From assembly GCA_964187785.1 (NCBI GenBank), contig OZ076409.1:81718001-81782000 (forward strand): a DNA stretch of 64,000 nucleotides. The letters run 5' to 3'. The stretch is from Amphiscolops sp. MND2022 (taxonomy: Eukaryota). Below the pieces are notes generated by a model. The model saw nothing but the letters and a program-made list of their open reading frames with translations, had not been told where the DNA came from and made no database searches. Shown piece after piece: positions 12,201 through 23,176 of the stretch. Made by a program: the position numbers and the translations under genes. Positions within the stretch are counted from its first letter, which is position 1; each line of letters begins with the position of its first letter.

Positions 12201-15200
12201 CTGCCAGTAAGCAAAAAGTTCAACCGTTACTTTAAGGATTTGATCTAATTGCTCACTGATCATATCAGTATGCAAACTTTTCAACCGTTACTTTGAGGAT
12301 TTGATCTAATTGCTGACTGATCATGACAGAAAGCAAAATTTTTAAACATAAACTTTATGTTTTGAGTTCTCGTTAATAAATTCAATTCACTTAGATTTCG
12401 ATACTAATCATCATTCAATACTGATGTTTCGTTACATTAACTGAAACATCGAGCATTGAAGTGAAATTGAACCATTGCAAACTTCACAACAGTGTTTATA
12501 AAACCATCTTTAGTATAGGTACACCAATGACTCACAAAACGCGTAAAAACGTTAAGTTCAATACTGTGCTACACTATTTATCTAATTTACACCACGTAAT
12601 TAGTAAGACGGCGTAATTCAGTAAAAATGTGTAGTGGAAAATTGCGTAATTTAGGCAAAGTCCGTAGTTCTGCATAAGTGCGTAATGCAGTCAATCAGTG
12701 TATTTTTATGCTCCGAGAAATAGTGTAAACCAGTCAATTAGTGACTTCCAGTCTTTCAGTGTAACTAACTATCACTTGGTGTAATATGAGAAAAGTGTAA
12801 AACTGTATCTATAATAACAACTCTGGAAACAGTTTCAAAGTGCCGAAAAACTAGAAAGGGGAAACCTTTTGAGCTTTTTGGAACTTCAGTTTGCTGCAAA
12901 GTGTCAAAACACTTGAAGGGGGTACCCTTTGGCGACAAAAACAATTTCGAAAATGAAGTCGCACAGAGCCGAAAAAAAATTCAAAGAGGGACCCTGTAGT
13001 GCCGTCCAGTTTCATATCTTACGTTAAAACTGGGTAAATGAAAGGGGCACCCTTTGCACTAACTTAGATGCGTTTCCCCTTGCTGGTCCAGTAGTTTAGT
13101 AGTTCTGTAGAAAAAGTATCCACTACGCATACATTCTGTGGTCTGGCTAAAAAAAGGAAACAACCTTGCCACTGTAATAGTCGGGGTCTTTTTGATAAAA
13201 TGCGCCGACTAAAAACACTTCAAGTTCCGTTAAATTGGATGAATCAAAACCTAAACAACCGACTCAATTTTCTTTAATGTTGGCAGCAAGTTTTGTGATG
13301 ATTTTCAAAACCTCCTATGGAAACTTTCTGGGCGAAACTAAACTCCTGTTGTATATCACTTTTATCAAGCTGCTTGAAAGATTCATCAAAGTTTTGGCAG
13401 CAGTTTTGAGCCTTGAAGTTTTACAGGTTCCATCAGGCAGCAGCTACAATTTTTAAAGCAAAAATGTTTGTATCAACTTCACCGCTAATTTAATGCAAAA
13501 TAACGTCAGTCGCATAATTAACTGCACATTAGAGTCATGGTTATAGTGCTGTCGGAGAAGCGGTGATCACATCAGATAACATTACGATACATATCCCGCA
13601 AAAGTGCAAAAGTGGAAAGTGATCACTTGGTGTAAAGAGTTTTTTGGGTAAAAAAGTCATTCAATGTAAACTTGTCAAAGACCGTAGTAATCCAATAGTG
13701 TAGTGCTGCAGCAAAATGTAAAATGAAGGCCGTGATTTCAAGTCAAAATGCGTAGTTACTAAATGGTCCAAAATAGTCAAAACTGCCAGTAGGCAAAAAA
13801 TTCAACCGTTACTTTAAGGATTTGATCTAATTGCTGACTGATCATGACAGTAGGCAAACTTTTCAACAGTTACTTCGAGGATTTGATCTAATTGCTGACT
13901 GATCATGACAGTAAGCAAAATTTTTAAACATAAACTTTATGATTTGAGTTCTCGTGAATAAATTCAATTCACTTAGATTTCGATACTAATCATCATTCAA
14001 TACTGATGTTTCGTTACATTAACTGAAACATCGAGCATTGAAGTGAAATTGAACCATTGCAAACTTCACAACAGTGTTTATAAAACCATCTTTAGTATAG
14101 GTACACCAATGACTCACAAAACGCGTAAAAAAGTTAAGTTCAATACTGTGCTACACTATTTGTCTAATTTACACCACGTAATTAGTAAGACGGCGTAATT
14201 CAGTAAAAATGTGTAGTGGAAAATTGCGTAATTTAGGCAAAGTCCGTAGTTCTGCATAAGTGCGTAATGCAGTCAATCAGTGTATTTTTATGCTCCGAGA
14301 AATAGTGTAAACCAGTCAATTAGTGACTTCCAGTCTTTCAGTGTAACTAACTATCACTTGGTGTAATATGAGAAAAGTGTAAAACTGTATCTATAATAAC
14401 AACTCTGGAAACAGTCTCAAAGTGCCGAAAAACTAGAAAGGGGAAACCTTTTGAGCTTTTTGGAACTTCAGTTTGCTGCAAAGTGTCAAAACACTTGAAG
14501 GGGGTACCCTTTGGCGACGAAAACAATTTTGAAAATGAAGTCGCACAGAGCCGAAAAAAATTCAAAGAGGGACCCTGTAGTGCCGTCCAGTTTCATATCT
14601 TACGTTAAAACTGGGTAAATGAAAGGGGCACCCTTTGCACTAACTTAGATGCGTTTCCCCTTGCTGGTCCAGTAGTTTAGTAGTTCTGTAGAAAAAGTAT
14701 CCACTACGCATACATTCTGTGGTCTGGCTAAAAAAAGGAAACAACCTTGCCACTGTAATAGTAGGGGTCTTTTTGATAAAATGCGCCGACTAAAAACACT
14801 TCAAGTTCCGTTAAATTGGATGAATCGAAACCTAAACAACCGACTCAATTTTCTTTAATGTTGGCGGCAAGTTTTGTGGTGATTTTCAAAACCTCCTATG
14901 GAAACTTTCTGGGCGAAACTAAACTCCTGTTGTATATCACTTTTATCAAGCTGCTTGAAAGATTCATCAAAGTTTTGGCAGCAGTTTTGAGCCTTGAAGT
15001 TTTACAGGTTCCATCAGGCAGCAGCTACAATTTTTAAAGCAAAAATGTTTCTATCAACTTCACCGCTAATTTAATGCAAAATAAAGTCAGTCGCATAATT
15101 AACTGCACATTAGAGTCATGGTTATAGTGCTGTCGGAGAAGCGGTGATCACATCAGATAACATTACGATACATATCCCGCAAAAGTGCAAAAGTGGAAAG

Positions 15201-16204
15201 TGATCACTTGGTGTAAAGAGTTTTTTGGGTAAAAAAGTCATTCAGTGTAAACTTGTCAAAGACCGTAGTAATGCAATAGTGTAGTGCTGCAGCAAAATGT
15301 AAAATGAAGGCCGTGATTTCAAGTCAAAATGCGTAGTTACTAAATGGTCCAAAAAAGTCAAAACTGCCAGTAGGCAAAAATTCAACCGTTACTTTAAGGA
15401 TTTGATCTAATAGCTCACTGATCAAATCAGTATGCAAACTTTTCAACCGTTACTTTGAGGATTTGATCTATTTGCTGACTGATCATGACAGTAGGCAAAT
15501 TTTTTAAACATTAACTTTATGATTTGAGTTCTCGTGAATAAATTCATTTCACTTAGATTTCGATACTAATCATCATTCAATACTGATGTTTCGTTACATT
15601 AACTGAAACATCGAGCATTGAAGTGAAATTGATTTATTGCAAACTTCACAACAATGTTTATAAAACCATCTTTAATATAGGTACACCAATGACTCACAAA
15701 ACGCGTAAAAAAGTCAAGTTCAATACTGTGCTACACTATTTGTCTAATTTACACCACGTAATTAGTAAGACGGCGTAATTCAGTAAAAATGTGTAGTGGA
15801 AAATTGCGTAATTTAGGCAAAGTCCGTAGTTCTGCATAAGTGCGTAATGCAGTCAACTAGTGTATTTTTATGCTCCGAGAAATAGTGTAAACCAGTCAAT
15901 TAGTGACTTCCAGTCTTTCAGTAAAACTAACTATCACTTGGTGTAATATGAGAAAAGTGTAAAACTGTATCTATAATAACAACTCTGGAAACAGTCTCAA
16001 AGTGCCGAAAAACTAGAAAGGGGAAACCTTTTGAGCTTTTTGGAACTTCAGTTTGCTGGAAAGTGTCAAAACACTTGAAGGGGGTACCCTTTGGCGACGA
16101 AAACAATTTCGAAAATGAAGTCGCACAGAGCCGAAAAAAATTCAAAGAGGGACCCTGTAGTGCCGTCCAGTTTCGTATCTTACGTTAAAAATTGGGTACA
16201 TGAA
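9250..16204. repeat. Tandem array, unit ~1581 bp, ~4.4 copies
   Basis: Anchor attcaatactgatgtttcg at 9251, 10833, 12413, 13995, 15575. Each unit holds a HINE-A terminal half (ending gcgccgactaaaaa) and an internal ~61-bp duplication. The repeated MDESKPKQ ORFs are by-products of the repeat. Confidence 0.97.
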
Positions 16205-16604
16205 AGAGTTATTCGACTGACTAAACAGAAAACTTCTTCAAAAACTTACCGAGTACCACACATGCGCCGAGAAAGAAAAGAAGTGATTTGTTCATTTTCC
16301 TGCAAAAATTTCGGAAGTTTCTGGAGCAGCTGTGAGAGAGAAAGTTTGCAGGAGAAATGAAAAGGCAACAAGAAGCGCTTTTACGTGCAACAGCCAATTG
16401 AATTCAAACGTTGAAACGCTTACTTCCTTCTGTTGAGCAAATTAAAACCGGCAACTTTTACTTAGTTTAATATAGTTAGTAGACAAAACACAGCAGAAAA
16501 ATTTGTGACAATCAGATTTATTTTATAGCTTCAGCAAATAGAGCACATAATAGTTTAAACAATTGCTTACTCGTCCTAAGTGCAACAGTAGAACACTCAA
16601 TTAG
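16205..16604. repeat. Dispersed repeat copy interrupted by the pogo element (continues at ~20068-20195); uninterrupted paralog at ~20525-21060
   Basis: gagttattcgactgac...catgcgccgaga...aagtgcaacagtagaa is shared with 20525-20925, and attgcgaataagcttaca...gctttctgacacggctcccaatt is shared between ~20069-20195 and ~20933-21060. Confidence 0.85.
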
Positions 16605-16780
16605 TACAGTATAACCTCGTTTATTCGGACACCTTGGTTCGCGCAAAAACATTTTGAGTCCGGATAAGTGAATTTTCCAGAAAATCGAAATGAACTACAT
16701 TGCATCACTTGTTTATAAAATCAGTCATTTTACATTGCTTCAATGTTTCAAATCTCTTTGATGCCGATAAATTTTTGAGT

Positions 16781-19700
16781 GTTTTTAGAAGAGAAACACT
16801 GTAATTAGTAGCTTCTTCTTGCTCTTCTTGCTATATTTTTTTCTCTCATTTGACGCATCCAGATGAATAGAGCTTGATCTAATTCTGGATAATCACTTTT
16901 TTTCATTGATTTTGTTGCCAGGGAACCCGAACAACCACTAGCTGCATCTGTAAAGGAGCGTAAGGTATTCTCCTGTTTCAAAATTTCATGAAAAGTTGAT
17001 CTCCCAATGTTATATTTTGTCATAATGACGGTAGGTGACACGCTTTTGCTTTCTTCACAAAGCGCAAGCTTTTGCTCAAGCGTTAAAACAACTTTCTTTC
17101 GGCGGCTAGTCAGTCATCTTATTAAGCCATGAATGAGTAGTTATAATTTCTATTTTAGTTCAATTTGGCAGCTGATTTATAAGCTTCATGTCGTTTCCAA
17201 TTAGAATTAGAGAAGAGATTCAATTTCATTGAGTCGGAAATCGCTCTTTGCACTAACTTAGATGCGTTTCCCCTTGCTGGTCCAGTAGTTTAGTAGTTCT
17301 GTAGAAAAAGTATCCACTACGCATACATTCTGTGGTCTGGCTAAAAAAAGGAAACAACCTTGCCACTGTAATAGTAGGGGTCTTTTTGATAAAATGCGCC
17401 GACTAAAAACACTTCAAGTTCCGTTAAATTGGATGAATCGAAACCTAAACAACCGACTCAATTTTCTTTAATGTTGGCGGCAAGTTTTGTGGTGATTTTC
17501 AAAACCTCCTATGGAAACTTTCTGGGCGAAACTAAACTCCTGTTGTATATCACTTTTATCAAGCTGCTTGAAAGATTCATCAAAGTTTTGGCAGCAGTTT
17601 TGAGCCTTGAAGTTTTACAGGTTCCATCAGGCAGCAGCTACAATTTTTAAAGCAAAAATGTTTCTATCAACTTCACGTTTTTAGAAGAGAAACACTGTAA
17701 TTAGTAGCTTCTTCTTGCTCTTCTTGCTATATTTTTTTCTCTCATTTGACGCATCCAGATGAATAGAGCTTGATCTAATTCTGGATAATCACTTTTTTTC
17801 ATTGATTTTGTTGCCAGGGAACCCGAACAACCACTAGCTGCATCTGTAAAGGAGCGTAAGGTATTCTCCTGTTTCAAAATTTCATGAAAAGTTGATCTCC
17901 CAATGTTATATTTTGTCATAATGACGGTAGGTGACACGCTTTTGCTTTCTTCACAAAGCGCAAGCTTTTGCTCAAGCGTTAAAACAACTTTCTTTCGGCG
18001 GCTAGTCAGTCATCTTATTAAGCCATGAATGAGTAGTTATAATTTCTATTTTAGTTCAATTTGGCAGCTGATTTATAAGCTTCATGTCGTTTCCAATTAG
18101 AATTAGAGAAGAGATTCAATTTCATTGAGTCGGAAATCGCTCTTTGCACTAACTTAGATGCGTTTCCCCTTGCTGGTCCAGTAGTTTAGTAGTTCTGTAG
18201 AAAAAGTATCCACTACGCATACATTCTGTGGTCTGGCTAAAAAAAAGGAAACAACCTTGCCACTGTAATAGTAGGGGTCTTTTTGATAAAATGCGCCGAC
18301 TAAAAACACTTCAAGTTCCGTTAAATTGGATGAATCGAAACCTAAACAACCGACTCAATTTTCTTTAATGTTGGCGGCAAGTTTTGTGGTGATTTTCAAA
18401 ACCTCCTATGGAAACTTTCTGGGCGAAACTAAACTCCTGTTGTATATCACTTTTATCAAGCTGCTTGAAAGATTCATCAAAGTTTTGGCAGCAGTTTTGA
18501 GCCTTGAAGTTTTACAGGTTCCATCAGGCAGCAGCTACAATTTTTAAAGCAAAAATGTTTCTATCAACTTCACGTTTTTAGAAGAGAAACACTGTAATTA
18601 GTAGCTTCTTCTTGCTCTTCTTGCTATATTTTTTTCTCTCATTTGACGCATCCAGATGAATAGAGCTTGATCTAATTCTGGATAATCACTTTTTTTCATT
18701 GATTTTGTTGCCAGGGAACCCGAACAACCACTAGCTGCATCTGTAAAGGAGCGTAAGGTATTCTCCTGTTTCAAAATTTCATGAAAAGTTGATCTCCCAA
18801 TGTTATATTTTGTCATAATGACGGTAGGTGACACGCTTTTGCTTTCTTCACAAAGCGCAAGCTTTTGCTCAAGCGTTAAAACAACTTTCTTTCGGCGGCT
18901 AGTCAGTCATCTTATTAAGCCATGAATGAGTAGTTATAATTTCTATTTTAGTTCAATTTGGCAGCTGATTTATAAGCTTCATGTCGTTTCCAATTAGAAT
19001 TAGAGAAGAGATTCAATTTCATTGAGTCGGAAATCGCTCTTTGCACTAACTTAGATGCGTTTCCCCTTGCTGGTCCAGTAGTTTAGTAGTTCTGTAGAAA
19101 AAGTATCCACTACGCATACATTCTGTGGTCTGGCTAAAAAAAGGAAACAACCTTGCCACTGTAATAGTAGGGGTCTTTTTGATAAAATGCGCCGACTAAA
19201 AACACTTCAAGTTCCGTTAAATTGGATGAATCGAAACCTAAACAACCGACTCAATTTTCTTTAATGTTGGCGGCAAGTTTTGTGGTGATTTTCAAAACCT
19301 CCTATGGAAACTTTCTGGGCGAAACTAAACTCCTGTTGTATATCACTTTTATCAAGCTGCTTGAAAGATTCATCAAAGTTTTGGCAGCAGTTTTGAGCCT
19401 TGAAGTTTTACAGGTTCCATCAGGCAGCAGCTACAATTTTTAAAGCAAAAATGTTTCTATCAACTTCACGTTTTTAGAAGAGAAACACTGTAATTAGTAG
19501 CTTCTTCTTGCTCTTCTTGCTATATTTTTTTCTCTCATTTGACGCATCCAGATGAATAGAGCTTGATCTAATTCTGGATAATCACTTTTTTTCATTGATT
19601 TTGTTGCCAGGGAACCCGAACAACCACTAGCTGCATCTGTAAAGGAGCGTAAGGTATTCTCCTGTTTCAAAATTTCATGAAAAGTTGATCTCCCAATGTT

Positions 19701-19937
19701 ATATTTTGTCATAATGACGGTAGGTGACACGCTTTTGCTTTCTTCACAAAGCGCAAGCTTTTGCTCAAGCGTTAAAACAACTTTCTTTCGGCGGCTAGTC
19801 AGTCATCTTATTAAGCCATGAATGAGTAGTTATAATTTCTATTTTAGTTCAATTTGGCAGCTGATTTATAAGCTTCATGTCGTTTCCAATTAGAATTAGA
19901 GAAGAGATTCAATTTCATTGAGTCGGAAATCGCTCTT
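16781..19937. repeat. Tandem array, unit 896-897 bp, ~3.5 copies; chimera of pogo sequence and a fragment of the 1.58-kb repeat
   Basis: Anchor gtttttagaagagaaacact at 16781, 17677, 18574, 19470. Units appear identical apart from an A-run length. Confidence 0.97.
16805..17117 (-). pseudogene. Truncated pogo transposase N-terminus (CENP-B-type HTH domains); repeated at ~17701-18013, ~18598-18910, ~19494-19806
   Basis: The frame reads SRRKKVVLTLEQKLALCEESKSVSPTVIMTKYNIGRSTFHEILK...ELDQALFIWMRQMREKNI. The putative ATG is out of frame because of a 4-bp duplication (atgactgactagc). Confidence 0.85.
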
Positions 19938-20294
19938 TTGTAATTTCGTTTATCGCATCAGCTTTCGGTGACAAGAATTATGCAACATTTTCGTCAGCCA
20001 ATCAAATTGCAGTCCGAATAAACGAGAGTCCGGATAAGCGATGGCCGAATAAACGAGGTCCCACTGTAATTGCGAATAAGCTTACACGTAAATTGAGAAC
20101 TGTCAAATTGTCAATGAATTAGTTGTCAAAAAAACGCTTCTTTCATGTTTTCTGAACAACAGATACTAATATGGCTTTCTGACACGGCTCCCAATTTTTT
20201 TAAAAAAAACATTTGGACGAGGAAACGCATTGACTTAAAATCACGTGCGATCAGTGCTTCTAAAGTTTTAGAAGATTTGAGGGACCAATTGGCC

Positions 20295-20510
20295 TACGCT
20301 GGGCTTTTGAATCTCTCCCAACTCACAATTGATGGGTTTGAGCAAATCCTTCATCCCTAATTTCCTTCATCTTCAGTTCCACCATCCTTCAGTGGTATGG
20401 TTATGATAAAAAACGCATTCGGCGAAGAAAAGCAAGTTAAAAAGGACAATGGTGAGCAGTCAGACCTTTGTGACCTCGACCAAGTGACTTTGAAATAACA
20501 GCTTCAATCT
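20295..20510 (+). mobile_element. Diverged copy of the tRNA-derived SINE-like element seen at 51120
   Basis: gaatctctcccaactcac...gagcaaatccttcatccct...agtggtatgg...ggtgagcagtcagacctttgtgacctcgaccaagtgac aligns by eye with 51176-51330. Confidence 0.65.
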
Positions 20511-22674
20511 GCCCCCTCCTTTCGGAGTTATTCGACTGACGAAACGTGAAACTTTTTTCAAAATAAGTCAAAAACTCACCGAGTATTACGCATGCGCCGA
20601 GAATGAAAAGAAATGATTTGTTCGTTTTCCTCCCGAATGTTGGAAGTTTTTGGAGCAGCTGTGAGAGAGAAAGTTTGCAGGAGAAATGGAAAGGCAACAA
20701 GAAGCGCCTTTTATATGCAACAGTCAATTGACATTCAAACTTTGAAAGGCTCACTTGTTACTGTTGATTGAGCAAGTTAATACCGGCAACGTTTAATTAG
20801 TCAATTATAGTTAGTAGACAAAACCCAGCAGAAGTTTTTGTGGCAATTAGGTTTATGTTATAGCTTAAGCAGATATAACTCATAGTTTAAATCATTGCTT
20901 ACGAGTTCTAAGTGCAACAGTAGAAAAGTTTTATTGCGAATAAGCTTACAAGTAATTTGAAAACTAAGTAATTTCAAAATAAATTAGTTGTCAAAAAACC
21001 GCTTCTTTCATGTCTGTTTAAACTAGATATTGATAAGGCTTTCTGACACGGCTCCCAATTAAAACTCTGCACACTTATGATTCCTGTGGTCGTTTGTCCT
21101 GCTTTGATGAATAACTTGCAATTAGAAATTTCATTTTTATCAAATTAAGAACATGTGTCTGGGATCAATGAAACGTTACAAAAGTTTGGTTGCCAGCAAC
21201 TGGAGAGCTCGAATGCAGTTCTCAAAGATGCCAAGCTACTTCCAAGGTCAATGCGTTTTAGTCTGTGGGTAAAAGTTTTTTTGGAGAAAAAGTTTCAGCT
21301 CAATTGATTTTTCAATTTTCTGATACTATACTCAAGGACGCCGTTGTCCTAGGAAAATGCTGAGCTCCCAGGGTAAAAATGTTTAGAATTCTTGACACGA
21401 ATCTCACATTTTCGTGAAAACCATGATATGAATATTGGCTTGCTTCTTATCAAGAGTGCCAAGAAAACGTGCGATCTTCCAAGATCTTGCCAAGAGTTTC
21501 GAGAGAAAAGATGAAAAAAATAGAATAAAAAGTTTTTGGAAATGATCAGTGTACCTATTATGCCGTGGCATATTACAGCAATTGTACAGCAACAACTGTA
21601 CAGCAATTCACGCTACCAACCAAGCTATCACATTCAGAATTCTAATACTTTGTGTTGTCCCATTACCAACTCTTTAATGAATGACAAAATCTTGGATACA
21701 GTGGAAATTTATTGACATAAAATAGTTCTCAGGGAGTTCAAACACTAAACTGAGAACCGGGAATTAATCCGTACTGAACTCTTCTACCTACAACATTGTT
21801 TCAAGGCTCGATAAAATGGATGAAACAAGTTTTTAATTTTGGAGCATATTGTTTCATTTTATCCTTTCAGGGACAAAAATTTCATCTCCGGATGCAAAGT
21901 ATTGCTCAGTAGATAATTGTTTGGTTGTTAAAGTCTGTGGAAAACCCACAAGTTATATATTTTTAAAAAACGAAAAATCGTCAAAACGTGAATGAGTTTC
22001 GGACTTTTGGAGCGTTTTCCATGAATACAAGTTCAGACGTCTCAAAAACGCATATTGTATTGCTTATTGCCTGTCATAACACTCTGTGAATTTTACCTAC
22101 ACTAAAACATTCAAAAATTCTACAAACTATGCAAAAAGTAAAACTTGGAGACTGATTGGTTGATTCTGAGATTTGGAACTTATACCCACGAAAACATTCA
22201 ATAGCTGTACAAAAACGTTCAAAACTTGAAATTTTTGCAAATTTAGTTTACTCAGGGGCATTCGGAAAAGAGTTAAATACCTACACAAATAATGATACAC
22301 CTCTGTATCAAAAAGCTAAAGACACTTGATTTCAAATATCAAATCGCAATAAAATTGTACGTAAACAGGCACAAAAGCCATTGAAGGAAAACCTTAAATT
22401 TCAATCAGATTTTTGTGGGTATTTTTTGTTTTGAAAGCAAAAACTCCAAAAGTGAGTAGCTAAAAAAAGGCTACGCTAATTTTTTACTTTTGGAGTTTTG
22501 GAGAATTTCTCATGCAACATTTCGAGAATCTCTGTTCTCAACAAAACGTATTTGGGAAAAACTTTGTACCTTTGATTCCAATCTCTTTTGAATTTAAAAC
22601 TTTTTCTGAAAACGCCCTCCTAAGGATATTACGCCGCAAAGCGATCACAAAATGCGAAACCTTCAATTATTACT

Positions 22675-22937
22675 CCCGGGTTTCCCTCCCATACAAAAAC
22701 AGGTCAATCATACTCTGCCATCATACTCACAGTATGATTCCAGGCTGATCATACTTTGGACCATATATGATTCCAGGCCGATCATACTCTGGACCATATA
22801 TGATTCCAGGCCGATCATACTCTGGACCATATATGATTCCAGGCCGATCATGGCAAGATCATAGTAAGGAAATTAGTATGATTTCTATTGTGCCATAATA
22901 TGGTCAGATTACGATCGGCCTGGTCGGGAAACCCGAG
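22675..22937. mobile_element. MITE-like non-autonomous element (CMC/EnSpm-like) with internal 33-bp minisatellite
   Basis: TIRs cccgggtttccc / gggaaacccgag (11/12 match), CT on both flanks (2-bp TSD), ~3.5 copies of tatgattccaggccgatcatactctggaccata, and an inverted degenerate unit near the right end. Confidence 0.7.
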
Positions 22938-23099
22938 CTCCATAAAAATATTGTTTCGACAAAATTACAAGTGTTTTGGCAGTTTATTTTTTGAGGAACA
23001 ATTTTCAGAAAAATTGTTAAATATGAAAATTGAAGAACAGTGCAACCGCTACAAAAAATAGATCATTTTGAGAACTTTTTGAACATTTTGAACTTCACT

Positions 23100-23176
23100 A
23101 AGCAAAATCTCACGAACATCGGAAGAAAAACTTGCTTCGAAGCAAGTTTTTTTCCGATGTTCGTGAGATTTTGCTT
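23100..23176. repeat. Near-perfect 77-bp palindrome (second copy ~26053-26129)
   Basis: aagcaaaatctcacgaacatcggaagaaaaacttgctt-cg-aagcaagtttttttccgatgttcgtgagattttgctt. Confidence 0.9.

Larger units (their letters stand above)
16607..20066 (-). mobile_element. pogo/Tigger-type Tc1/mariner DNA transposon, internally deleted and then internally amplified
   Basis: Left TIR cagtataacctcgtttattcgg (16607-16628) versus the reverse complement of 20045-20066, cagtgggacctcgtttattcgg (19/22 match). TA on both flanks. Encodes a CENP-B-like N-terminal DNA-binding region (RKKVVLTLEQKL...KYNIGRSTFHEILK...YPELDQALFIW); no DDE domain. Confidence 0.92.

Noticed and set aside
10072..19443. Repeated 73-aa ORF MDESKPKQ... 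as a gene family
   Set aside because: Starts at TTG, has no recognisable domain, and recurs only because it lies in the tandem units.
20533..20570. Hammerhead ribozyme-like ctgacga...gaaa
   Set aside because: Stems II and III cannot be formed properly.
22733..22852. CRISPR-like regularly spaced repeats
   Set aside because: Units are contiguous 33-bp tandem repeats with no unique spacers, there are no cas genes, and the context is eukaryotic.
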